A program made the translations under genes and the position numbers. Source: Patescibacteria group bacterium (GTDB lineage: Bacteria > Patescibacteriota > Patescibacteriia > Patescibacteriales > JAQTRU01). From it: DNA of 60,352 bases. The notes below the pieces were generated by a model. That model was not told the DNA's origin. It searched no databases and saw only the letters and a list, made by a program, of their open reading frames with translations. Of this stretch, positions 34,019 through 42,958 are shown one piece after another. The stretch lies in assembly GCA_028716725.1 (NCBI GenBank), contig JAQUPG010000009.1, positions 1 through 60,352 on the forward strand. The letters run 5' to 3'. Positions within the stretch are counted from its first letter, which is position 1. Every line of letters starts with the position of its first letter.

Positions 34019-34570
34019 CTATAATAATTTCCGTGGCTGGATCATTAATAAAATAAAAGCTGCGAAAGCTAACGAGCTCATGGCATAAAACAAAACATTA
34101 AAACCGAAATATTGCGCGATAAAAGCTCCGGCCAAAGTAGCTATGCCGACGGTAATGCTGAAAAGAGACTCCCAGACACCCCATTGAGTAGAAGACTTAT
34201 TACTATCGAGATGCAAAGAATAGATTGACTTAAAAGCCGGATTGGCAATCGCCTCGCCGATTCCCAAAAAAAACTGAAGGATTAATAATTGCCCGGGGCT
34301 GGCTATAAGGGTATAAGAGAAAAATCCTATAGCCCGGATAAAATAACCGGCCGCTACAAGATATTCCGATTCTTTTATTTTATCCCCCAGCCTTCCGCCT
34401 ATATAAGCCATTACGCCGATCGTTATCATATAAACCGAGAAGGTCCAGCCTATGTCTAAAATATTACCGCCAATGTTCTTTACAAAAATGGCGTACAAAG
34501 GGCCCAGTAAAGCGGCTCCGAAAACAAATACAAGATTAATTGATACTAATATTTTTAAACTTCTGTTCAT
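34019..34570 (-). CDS. Six-TM MFS-like membrane protein (half-size; possibly truncated)
   Basis: 183 aa. It has an MFS loop-2/3-like GGRLGDKIKE motif and six hydrophobic helices. It ends next to the tRNA terminator. Confidence 0.5.
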   Translation of the reverse strand: MNRSLKILVSINLVFVFGAALLGPLYAIFVKNIGGNILDIGWTFSVYMITIGVMAYIGGRLGDKIKESEYLVAAGYFIRAIGFFSYTLIASPGQLLILQFFLGIGEAIANPAFKSIYSLHLDSNKSSTQWGVWESLFSITVGIATLAGAFIAQYFGFNVLFYAMSSLAFAAFILLMIQPRKLL

Positions 34571-34597
34571 TTGGGCGGTTGCTTTAGATCTTAAAAA

Positions 34598-36130
34598 TTA
34601 TCTGACCAACACCAAAACTTTTAACTCGCTTAATATTTTATCCAAATATTCTTCCAGGGTCGCGGGCTTTACAAAAATATATTTTAATCTATCGTTTTCA
34701 TTTTTCACAATATAATATCCCCTGTCTGTGATTATGGCATCGCTTATCTGCCCAGGCTCCAGTTGCCCTACCTCCTCCTCAAGTTGCACAAACTCATTAT
34801 CTCCTTCAACATACCCCTGCGCATCGCCGTACTTTTCTCCTATCTTTTCAAAACTTTCACCGGCCGGGGATGCTTCGGCGAGCTCCTTTATTTTATTTAT
34901 CCGGCTAAGAGAAACCTGGTTTGCTTTTTTATCCACAGCCAGCCGGGCGTCTAGTTCTTTCTCTATTTCCTCCGTCTCCCGACCGTAAAGACTGATGCCG
35001 TATTTTCTTGCCAGTTTAGCTAAGGAAATTCTTTCTATAAATAAAGCCCTAGCGGCCTGGTCAAGCTCAGAGGGGTTATCCAGTTCTTTTTTTAATTCCT
35101 CTATTGTTTTTTGGTAATCATAATATTCGATAAAACCGATTTTCGTAACAACCGCCGGCACCGGAATATAACCGGCTATCTGGCGGGTTATTTTATTATC
35201 TAAATTGAATTTTAACAAAAGAAGGGCGAAGATAAGATAAAATAAAATCGCTGAAACAACCAAGAATAAAGTGGCTAAAGCTATAATTTTTCCGGCTAAC
35301 CGGAATCCTTTCCCGAAACCGCCGAAAGCCCCCGATAATTTCTTTCTGGTTTCAAAAAACCATATCTTCCTGGCCCGCTTTCTTCGTTTCTTTCTCTCCC
35401 GCCTGATTTTTTCCTCCCGCTCTTTTATTTTAATTTTTTCTTTCTCTTTCTCCACCCTGGCTTTCGCCTCGGCTTCCTTTCGGGCAATGTCTTCTCCCTC
35501 CCGCTCTTCCGGCCTCTCTTTTTTTATTTCTTCTTTTATTTTTCTGTCTTCCGACCAGCTCTTCAGCTTATCGCTTAAAACGCGTGTCGGTCCGCCAGGC
35601 AGGGACCAGCTCTTGGTTTTTTTATTTCTTCCTGTTCGCAGCGCCTGTATATTCATAGTAGGCAGGCGTTTGCCAGTCCCGGCTTCCTCCCTGGCCGCTT
35701 TTTCTATCCGGGCAATCCCGCTCGCCAGTGATCTTTTAAAAGCAACTGGCCGGGAAGGAACAAAAATAACCGGTTTTGATTTTTCTTCTTTTTTATCTTC
35801 TGCACCTAAATCCTGGGCCAGATTTTCTTTCCCTTTTAGCACCTCGTTTTTGGTGATAACAATTTTTTTGCCGGCCGGCTTGACTGAACCGGAAGAAATT
35901 CCATCAAGCATTTTCCGGACAGGTGAAGAAAAATTTTTCTCCTCACCCCGATCCCTCGGCTTGGGCTCGGGCCGAATGGCTTGCCTGTCCCGGACTAAGT
36001 TGGGAGGTTGAAAGGTTTTTCTTTTTTCCCGTTTATCTGTCTCGCCAATAGAATCAAGAACGATTTTTCTCGCTCTGGCTAATTCTTCTCCGCTTAATTT
36101 TTTTATGCCATCAAGGCTTTTGTTGGGCAT
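34598..36130 (-). CDS. Membrane protein with a Lys/Glu/Arg-rich N-terminal region and a C-terminal SurA/parvulin-like PPIase domain
   Basis: It has a charged low-complexity N-terminal half and one TM helix. The C-terminal FEKIGEKYGD...GQISDAIITDRGYYIVK resembles parvulin. Confidence 0.45.
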   Translation of the reverse strand: MPNKSLDGIKKLSGEELARARKIVLDSIGETDKREKRKTFQPPNLVRDRQAIRPEPKPRDRGEEKNFSSPVRKMLDGISSGSVKPAGKKIVITKNEVLKGKENLAQDLGAEDKKEEKSKPVIFVPSRPVAFKRSLASGIARIEKAAREEAGTGKRLPTMNIQALRTGRNKKTKSWSLPGGPTRVLSDKLKSWSEDRKIKEEIKKERPEEREGEDIARKEAEAKARVEKEKEKIKIKEREEKIRRERKKRRKRARKIWFFETRKKLSGAFGGFGKGFRLAGKIIALATLFLVVSAILFYLIFALLLLKFNLDNKITRQIAGYIPVPAVVTKIGFIEYYDYQKTIEELKKELDNPSELDQAARALFIERISLAKLARKYGISLYGRETEEIEKELDARLAVDKKANQVSLSRINKIKELAEASPAGESFEKIGEKYGDAQGYVEGDNEFVQLEEEVGQLEPGQISDAIITDRGYYIVKNENDRLKYIFVKPATLEEYLDKILSELKVLVLVR

Positions 36131-36158
36131 ATCTTAAAAGATTATAAAACAATTCGGC

Positions 36159-36572
36159 TTACGGCAACTTTTTATTAAAAAAATAATTCCACCATCGGCG
36201 CAGATTAAAAATAATTCCCGGATTGCTCTGGCTCCCGGCCGGAAGACTGGCGGTAGTGGTGGCGAAAACATCGTCTTTTATCTCCACTACTTTCTCCCCC
36301 TCCTTTTTTAACCCCAAATTTAGACGGGCTTTTTCCTCAACGAATTGTTCTGATTCCAAATAAGTAATAAGCCCCTTTAAGTCTTTATTTTTTGATTCAA
36401 ACTCCGTAATTTCCTTATCCAATTCTCTTATTTCCTTATTTAAATGATAGCGCTTGCTAACATTCTTCGCCAAAGGAAAACTTATAAAGACCACCAAGCC
36501 AAAACCAATTAGGGCCAGAAACTTCTGGCTATATATGATTTTAGTAAAAAAACTTTCTCTTTTATTTATCAT
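36159..36572 (-). CDS. Septum-formation initiator (FtsB/DivIC family)
   Basis: 137 aa with an N-terminal TM helix, a coiled coil (LNKEIRELDKEITEFESKNKDLKGLI), and EEKARLNLGLKKEGE. Confidence 0.65.
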   Translation of the reverse strand: MINKRESFFTKIIYSQKFLALIGFGLVVFISFPLAKNVSKRYHLNKEIRELDKEITEFESKNKDLKGLITYLESEQFVEEKARLNLGLKKEGEKVVEIKDDVFATTTASLPAGSQSNPGIIFNLRRWWNYFFNKKLP

Positions 36573-36596
36573 AACACAATTTCGGGAAAAAAAATA

Positions 36597-39290
36597 TTAA
36601 AATTGGGCCGGACTCTTTTGTTTGGCCGTCTTGCCGACAAAATAATGTTTTATCATTTCAATCATAAGAATAGTTAAAAATCCGGTAGAAGCAACCAATA
36701 ACCAGCTATTTAAGCCCAGGGGAACGGTGGATAAAATCGTCTGCAAGGGCGGCCAATAAATCGCGGCTAAAAGTAAAACCAGGCTGAAAAAAACCGCCCC
36801 GACCAAATAAAAATTAGAAAAAGGATTTAACCGCCAAATCGGCCTCTTAAGGCTCCGCAGGCTAAAAACATACATCAAGGAATCAACCCCGATGGCGGCA
36901 AAAATAACAGTCCTGACATAATCAATGTCAAAGCTATGCTTTAGTAGGTAATAAAAAATTCCCAGAACAAAAAAATCACGAATCAAGCCGGCGGCAAAAA
37001 TTATTATTTTCATCTCCTTGTTTACAATATTTTCCTCTTTTTTTATCGGCTTCTCTGATAAAATTCCATCATCGCCTTTTTCAAAAGCTAAAGAAAAATC
37101 CGGCAAACCGTCATTGACGATATTAATCCATAAAATCTGGGCGGGCAAAACCGCTAAAGGCGCGCCGGCGATTATCGAACCCGCGATTAAAATCACTTCG
37201 GAAAAGCTGTCGGAAATCAAATAAGTTATCACTTTGCGGATATTAGAAAATATAATTCTTCCTTCCAGCACCGCCGAGACGATAGTTTTAAAATTATTAT
37301 CCAAAAGCACTATATCCGAAGTTTCTTTAGCAATGTCCGTACCGGTGCCGAGAGCCACGCCGATATCCGCCGCTTTTAAGGCCGGGGAATCATTAATCCC
37401 GTCTCCGGTCATGGCGACCACTTCGCCCCGGGCCTGCAAGGCCTTAATAATCCTTAACTTATGGTGCGGGCTTACCCGGGCGTAAATATCAATTTTCTTA
37501 ACTAACTCCTCAAGCTTTTTATCGTCCATCTTTTCTAAAACTTCGCCCGTGATAATATCTTCAGATTTTACTTTTATACCAATCTCTTCCGCGATTGCCC
37601 GGGCCGTTAATCCGTGGTCGCCGGTAATTATAACCGGCCTGATGCCGGCCTGGCGGCAGACTTTTATGGTTTCCTTGGCTTCCGGACGCAAGGGATCTTT
37701 TAAAGCAATGAAGCCGACAAAAGTCAAATTCTGATCGATCAAATTCCAGTCTTTTTCTGCACTTTCTTTCTCCCAGTCTAAATTTTTTAACTGGCGCATA
37801 GCCACGCCCAGCACCCGCAAGCCGGAAGAAGTAAGTTTTTCATAAACCCGCGTTAATTTTTCCTTCTCCTCCTTTGTCAGCTTGCGCCGCTCTCCGCGGT
37901 TATAAAACCCTTCCGATTTTTCTAATAATTTTTCCGGCGCACCCTTTTCACAAAGAATATAATTTCCGTCTTTGCCTTTATGCAAGGTAATCATAAATTT
38001 TTTTTCACTGTCAAAAGGCAATTCGTCAATCTTCGGTTCAATCTTTAAAAGCTTATCCCGGTCAAGCCCTGATTGCCTGGCGGCTGAGAGCAAAGCAACT
38101 TCGGTCGGCGCGCCGATAATTTTCTCTTCGCCCAATTTTTCCGACGGACTTTCCACAAAGGCATTGTTGCACATCATGCCTATTTGCAGGGCCAAGCTGA
38201 CAATTTTAGCCTCCCGGCTGTCCTGCTCTGAACCCAAAGTCTTTAGCTCAAATTCCCTCTCGCCGATAACAATATTAGATACCTGCATTATGCCTTCGGT
38301 TAAAGTGCCGGTTTTATCCGTGCAAATTACGGTCGTGGAGCCCAGGGTTTCCGCCGCCACTAATTTTCTGGTTAAAGCTTTTTGCTTTAAAATTCTCTGC
38401 ATGCCCAGAACTAAAATCACGGTTACGGCTACGGCCAAACCTTCCGGAATGGCGGCCACGGCGATGGCCACGGCCACTATAAACATCTCAAAAAAATCCC
38501 GGCCCTGCCAAACGCCCAGGCCGATAACCAGCAAACAGATAAAAACAACCGCTAAGCCTAAAAATTTAGATAAGCGCAGTAAACGGAGCTGCAAAGGAGT
38601 TTTTTCTTCCGGCGTAGCTTTAACCAGGCTGGCAATCTTACCTATCTCGCTTTTAGCGCCAATAGCCGTTACTACGGCTCGACCGCTGCCCCGGACGACG
38701 ATTGTACTCCCGAAAGTCATATTCTCCTGGTCAGCCAAGGCCGCGCCTTTTGGCAATTTATCTACGGATTTCGAAGAAGGGATTGATTCGCCGGTTAAAT
38801 TAGCTTCATTGATTTGTAAATTACTGGCCTCAATTATCCGCCCGTCAGCCGATACTCGATTGCCAGCCTGTAAAATTATAATGTCCCCAACCGTTAGCTG
38901 GCTACTGTCAACGGTGATTTCTTTTCCGCCCCGCAGGACCAGGGCCCTGTGTTCTATCATTTTTCTTAATTTGCTTAAAGCCCGGTTGGCTTTATTTTCC
39001 TGGAAAAAGCCGATGATAGTGTTAAGGATTACGGCTCCGGCAATTACCCCGGCGTCAACATATTCAGAAAGGAAAAAAGAAATGATTGCCGCGGCTAATA
39101 AAACATAAATCAAAGGGCTTTTAAATTGAGACCATAAAATAGTTAACCATCCCAAAGGTTTCTCCTCTTCTAACTTATTTGGCCCATATTTCTTAAGCCG
39201 TTTTTCCGCTTCTTCGCTCTCTAAACCGTTGGCTGAAGTATTTAATTCTTTCAGGCAGGATTCAATTGTCAGACTGTGAAAATCAGGCAT
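36597..39290 (-). CDS. P-type cation-transporting ATPase (type II, Ca/Mg-like)
   Basis: ICTDKTGTLTEG phosphorylation site, MTGDGINDSPALKAADIGVA, TGES, and ten predicted TM segments. Confidence 0.95.
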   Translation of the reverse strand: MPDFHSLTIESCLKELNTSANGLESEEAEKRLKKYGPNKLEEEKPLGWLTILWSQFKSPLIYVLLAAAIISFFLSEYVDAGVIAGAVILNTIIGFFQENKANRALSKLRKMIEHRALVLRGGKEITVDSSQLTVGDIIILQAGNRVSADGRIIEASNLQINEANLTGESIPSSKSVDKLPKGAALADQENMTFGSTIVVRGSGRAVVTAIGAKSEIGKIASLVKATPEEKTPLQLRLLRLSKFLGLAVVFICLLVIGLGVWQGRDFFEMFIVAVAIAVAAIPEGLAVAVTVILVLGMQRILKQKALTRKLVAAETLGSTTVICTDKTGTLTEGIMQVSNIVIGEREFELKTLGSEQDSREAKIVSLALQIGMMCNNAFVESPSEKLGEEKIIGAPTEVALLSAARQSGLDRDKLLKIEPKIDELPFDSEKKFMITLHKGKDGNYILCEKGAPEKLLEKSEGFYNRGERRKLTKEEKEKLTRVYEKLTSSGLRVLGVAMRQLKNLDWEKESAEKDWNLIDQNLTFVGFIALKDPLRPEAKETIKVCRQAGIRPVIITGDHGLTARAIAEEIGIKVKSEDIITGEVLEKMDDKKLEELVKKIDIYARVSPHHKLRIIKALQARGEVVAMTGDGINDSPALKAADIGVALGTGTDIAKETSDIVLLDNNFKTIVSAVLEGRIIFSNIRKVITYLISDSFSEVILIAGSIIAGAPLAVLPAQILWINIVNDGLPDFSLAFEKGDDGILSEKPIKKEENIVNKEMKIIIFAAGLIRDFFVLGIFYYLLKHSFDIDYVRTVIFAAIGVDSLMYVFSLRSLKRPIWRLNPFSNFYLVGAVFFSLVLLLAAIYWPPLQTILSTVPLGLNSWLLVASTGFLTILMIEMIKHYFVGKTAKQKSPAQF

Positions 39291-39354
39291 GATCTTGGAT
39301 ATTAGATATTAGGTGTTAGATATAAGTTATTATAACATAATAGCTTACTTAGCA

Positions 39355-39393
39355 AAATAAAAAACCCACTCCTCAATTTCTTGAAGAATGGGT
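39355..39393 (-). terminator. Intrinsic terminator after the 445-aa orphan
   Basis: 13-bp stem. Its two mismatches become G-U pairs only in the minus-strand transcript. A T-run follows on the minus strand. Confidence 0.75.
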
Positions 39394-39537
39394 TTGTTCG
39401 GCGCAGTCGCATATGACCGTTATCTTTGTTTAAAAGTCATCGCATTGTCTGGTCCCTCCATTTTTCCATTATCGACCATGGGGGTTACGCCGTTTTCCCC
39501 GTTTTTCGGTTTTACCTAAAAAAGGGGGGCCGAAATT

Positions 39538-40875
39538 TCAGGCCGGAACAGCTTCGCCATTTTTGGCGGCTCTTTTCTCCGCCGTGGTGGCTTTCCGGCA
39601 GGAACCGACCTGCGAAAAACCGCCGATTCCTCCCTGGAAAAGATCCACGGGGTCGCCGTTCGGAGAAATTCTGACGAAGTGATGACCAAACAGCGAAATC
39701 TGGTCAACCCTCGCCGGATCCGGGATGACCAAAACTTTCATGGTCTTCCCCTTGAATACGACCCAGACGATTTCCGAACTGGTCGTTTCTTTTGTCTCCG
39801 ACTTACCCACTCCGGCCGGTTTGCTGGAAAGCAATGTCGCTCCGGGCATCTCGACGGAATAAAATTTGCCGCCGGGCTTTTTCCTTATCTTTATAACTCT
39901 GGTTTCTCCGGCATTAGAACCGTCCAGCCGAAGGGCAACCACGGTGTTATCCGGAAAAAGAGGAATCTCATCCTCACAAACGAGAACCGGTACCTCGGCC
40001 GTACTGCTGTTCAAAAAGCGAATGGCCAATTTTCCCCTGGCGTTGATCGCTGCCAGTTTCTCCAGCCTCGCCGCTTCTTTCTGCCGACGCTTTTCCTCTT
40101 CGGCCTGACGGCGGAGGTCGGCGAGTTTTTCCCTCGCCTCTCCACGGAAAATGACCTTGAGAATGCCCGACCAGTTGCCGATCTGGTCCCTGACAATTTC
40201 TTCATCGTTGGGACGAAGATCAGCTACTGTCAGATTTTCGATCTTCTTGGCGATGACTTTCTTCGCCTTCTCAAGAAGAGCGTCCTGAGTTATTATCCAG
40301 TAGGAGTGCATATCGCTTTCGGAAAACGATATACCCAGCTGGCCAATCTCACCCTTAACTTCGGAAAACTTCTCGCCATACCGGTGGAAAAGGAAAGACA
40401 GAAGCGCCTCTTTGAAAGCGGCAATCTTCCGTTCCCTGCTCGCAATGAAAACCACGGCATTGGCGAGATATTCAGAATAGCCTTCGCTCAGGAGAATTTC
40501 GACAACCGCTTCGGACTTCGCTCCTTCCGCCAGAATGTCCTTGGCCCTTTTTACTAAAACGACCTGGGCTTCGGCGGGCAGAATCGTTGTCTTGCCCAAG
40601 CGGATACCACCGACAATGGACACGACGGTGGCAGCTACCTGGAAGTGCTGCGCCCGAAGAGCCTGATTGCAGTCCGAACAGACCTGATGATGAAAATCTT
40701 TCGGGTGCGAAGGAAAAACCTCTTCCCCAATGGAAACCACCGGACATTTCTCCCTCTCGTTACTCTCAAGAAGGAAAAAATCGAGAACGATTTTCAGCTC
40801 CTTTGAGCCACTAAAAAAGGTCACGACAATTTTCCCGTCTTCCGGAATGAAATCAACTCCTCTCGGCAGAAACAT
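39538..40875 (-). CDS. Hypothetical 445-aa protein (GC-rich orphan with a central coiled coil)
   Basis: A GGAGGTGAGCT ribosome-binding site precedes the ATG. A near-consensus promoter is at 41077-41105 and a terminator at 39355-39393. I recognise no domain. The central segment REKLADLRRQAEEEKRRQKEAARLEKL looks like a coiled coil. Confidence 0.6.
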   Translation of the reverse strand: MFLPRGVDFIPEDGKIVVTFFSGSKELKIVLDFFLLESNEREKCPVVSIGEEVFPSHPKDFHHQVCSDCNQALRAQHFQVAATVVSIVGGIRLGKTTILPAEAQVVLVKRAKDILAEGAKSEAVVEILLSEGYSEYLANAVVFIASRERKIAAFKEALLSFLFHRYGEKFSEVKGEIGQLGISFSESDMHSYWIITQDALLEKAKKVIAKKIENLTVADLRPNDEEIVRDQIGNWSGILKVIFRGEAREKLADLRRQAEEEKRRQKEAARLEKLAAINARGKLAIRFLNSSTAEVPVLVCEDEIPLFPDNTVVALRLDGSNAGETRVIKIRKKPGGKFYSVEMPGATLLSSKPAGVGKSETKETTSSEIVWVVFKGKTMKVLVIPDPARVDQISLFGHHFVRISPNGDPVDLFQGGIGGFSQVGSCRKATTAEKRAAKNGEAVPA

Positions 40876-41076
40876 AGCTCACCTCCATAACTTAAAGTTG
40901 GACTGCGTTGTAATAATCAATTTTAATTTTACTTACATTTATATCCCGCCGCTTTTGGCATAAGCCAGGAGCGGCGAAGATAAATATAAACTTTAAAGAG
41001 GGTATGCCTCCTTAATAAATATCTCTACAACTATTAAAGGTAAAACCTTCTTTAGCGCAAAAATATTTAACTTAGT

Positions 41077-41105
41077 ATCATAACATACTTTAAAAAACTT
41101 GTCAA
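41077..41105 (-). promoter_or_regulatory. Promoter, TTGACA-N17-TATGAT
   Basis: The minus strand reads TTGACAagttttttaaagtatgtTATGAT. It implies a ~195-nt leader before the 445-aa orphan. Confidence 0.65.
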
Positions 41106-41197
41106 GTATTTTAGTAAAAATAACTATATTTTGCTAAAATTAAACAAAAAATACGTGTTTTACACGTATTCTAAAACTAAAAGCTAATAGCTAGCAC

Positions 41198-42808
41198 CTA
41201 ATCCCCTCGGCTCTTGGGCGTAACAAAAAAACCCATATATTTTCCCAACATCAGCCGGGTCTGCGCCTCTAACCCCGGAATGGCGCCAAAAATTATAATA
41301 CTAAAAGGCAAAACCAGCCATTGTAAAACCATTATAATGTTTTTATACCAGCCGTATTTAGGAGGCCGCGGCGGCAGGAGCGAAGTGGAAATAATGGCAG
41401 ACACCACTAAGCCGACCATGGCGAAAGTCATCAAAGTCCGGGTAATAAACGGCAGATTGGAAGAAAGGACCGTAGCATTAAAACGGTCTCCGCCCAAAAC
41501 CATTGGCATCCAGCCGATTACCCCGATAATCAAGGCGTTAGTGGCCCAGGAATGGAAACCGTAAATCTGGATAAAAATCCGGCTGGCCATTTTTCTTTTG
41601 GGCAGCTCTTTCCGTTTTTTTATGGTATTAAAAACCAGATAAGGGATATTTTCCACCCCCCAGCCCCAGCGCCGCTGCTGTTTATAAAGGCTCCTGGCTG
41701 TCTGGCTGACGGTTTCATCCATAGTCACGTCCATAGATACCGGAAAATGAAGCGGCTCAACCCGATAATCACCCTTATAATAAAGAAGGCAATGCCAAAA
41801 AATCCGGGAATCTTCGCTGACCATAGTGGTTGACCAAAAGTCTATATCAACGAGGGCGCGCCAGGTCATAGAATGGGAAGAATAGGTGGCTAATTTTTCC
41901 TGGCGCATCTGTTGCATCATCTGCCAAAAAGTATTGGAGGAAGCCGCCACCCGGGCGAAAAACGAGGACTGCCAGATATTATTATGGTAAACCGGGACCG
42001 GCTGATAACTGGCCCGGTACGGAGAAGAAACTGTTAAAAATTTATAAGTTAAGCAGAAGAAGTATCCGGGTTTAACGACGGTGTCAATATCAAAAACGCT
42101 CACCAATATTTTATCATGGTCAAATTTCTCCTTATCAATAATTTCCTCTTTTACCCGCTGGGCGGCCCAGGCCTGGTTGGCACCCTTGCCCTTTAATTCC
42201 CCGGCAATATCCGGATGGACCGTAATCAAAAAATTCTTGAATTTAGGCCCGAACTCCCGCCTTATCACTTCCGCCCTTTCTTTAGCCGCAACGCCCGCCC
42301 GGCCCTCAATCGCTAAAACCACTACCATTTTTTCCGGCGGATAACCATCGCGGATTAAACCTTCAAAACTCGGTCTGATAACCTCCAAACTCTCATTATA
42401 GGTCGGAAAAATTATTAGTTGGATTATGTCCGGCCAGGCCATCCCCCTTTTGGCCAAGCAGCCGTTCTCCGATTTTTTTCTTTCAGCGCGCGGAATATCG
42501 GGGTCAAGATAGCAAGAAGGAGAAGCCGCCAGTTCCTCGCATTTTTTCCGCCAATCTATTTTTATATTCTCTCTTAATCTCCGAAAGGAAATCAGTAAAT
42601 ACAAGCCAAGATATAAAACTAAAAGAAGCCAATAAACGTCAAAGGCAATTAAAAAATAAGCTACCCAAATCGGCTGGAAATATGATCCGGCCAAAAGAAT
42701 AAATAAAGTCCCCCAGGATAAAAACCCGGGTAAAATTTCCAAAAGCCGGTACAATTTTCTGTCTGAACCGGACAATTCAATGGCTTTACCTGCTTTTAAA
42801 TAATCCAT
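41198..42808 (-). CDS. Processive family-2 glycosyltransferase, multi-TM (cellulose/chitin-synthase-like)
   Basis: FPTYNES, a DxD-type region and the QQRRWGWG (QxxRW) motif, flanked by TM helices. The ATG at 42808 is preferred; the ORF track uses a TTG at 42844. Confidence 0.8.
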   Translation of the reverse strand: MDYLKAGKAIELSGSDRKLYRLLEILPGFLSWGTLFILLAGSYFQPIWVAYFLIAFDVYWLLLVLYLGLYLLISFRRLRENIKIDWRKKCEELAASPSCYLDPDIPRAERKKSENGCLAKRGMAWPDIIQLIIFPTYNESLEVIRPSFEGLIRDGYPPEKMVVVLAIEGRAGVAAKERAEVIRREFGPKFKNFLITVHPDIAGELKGKGANQAWAAQRVKEEIIDKEKFDHDKILVSVFDIDTVVKPGYFFCLTYKFLTVSSPYRASYQPVPVYHNNIWQSSFFARVAASSNTFWQMMQQMRQEKLATYSSHSMTWRALVDIDFWSTTMVSEDSRIFWHCLLYYKGDYRVEPLHFPVSMDVTMDETVSQTARSLYKQQRRWGWGVENIPYLVFNTIKKRKELPKRKMASRIFIQIYGFHSWATNALIIGVIGWMPMVLGGDRFNATVLSSNLPFITRTLMTFAMVGLVVSAIISTSLLPPRPPKYGWYKNIIMVLQWLVLPFSIIIFGAIPGLEAQTRLMLGKYMGFFVTPKSRGD

Positions 42809-42851
42809 GGAAATAATTAGTTGTTCTGCGGTTAAAGACCGCAAAGTTAAA

Positions 42852-42948
42852 AATAATCAATAACCAATTACCAAATACCCCAACAACCAAATTTTTATTA
42901 TTGATTATTGAGGTTTGTTTGATTATTGGTTATTGGAGTTTGGTTATT
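42852..42948. repeat. AT-rich word hairpin between the TraD-like and GT2 genes
   Basis: aataatcaataaccaattaccaaatacc ... ttgattattggttattggagtttggttatt form imperfect inverted arms. Confidence 0.65.
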
Positions 42949-42958
42949 TATAAGAAAA

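Noticed and set aside
35271-36011. A 246-aa plus-strand ORF.
   Set aside because: It is a Ser/Phe-rich mirror image of the Lys/Glu/Arg-rich region of the minus-strand gene, so it is an antisense artefact.
37972-39108. A 378-aa plus-strand ORF.
   Set aside because: It lies antisense to the unambiguous P-type ATPase.
39679-40557. A 292-aa plus-strand ORF opposite the 445-aa orphan.
   Set aside because: The minus-strand ORF is longer, has a GGAGGTG ribosome-binding site, a near-consensus promoter, and a terminator whose G-U pairs form only on that strand.
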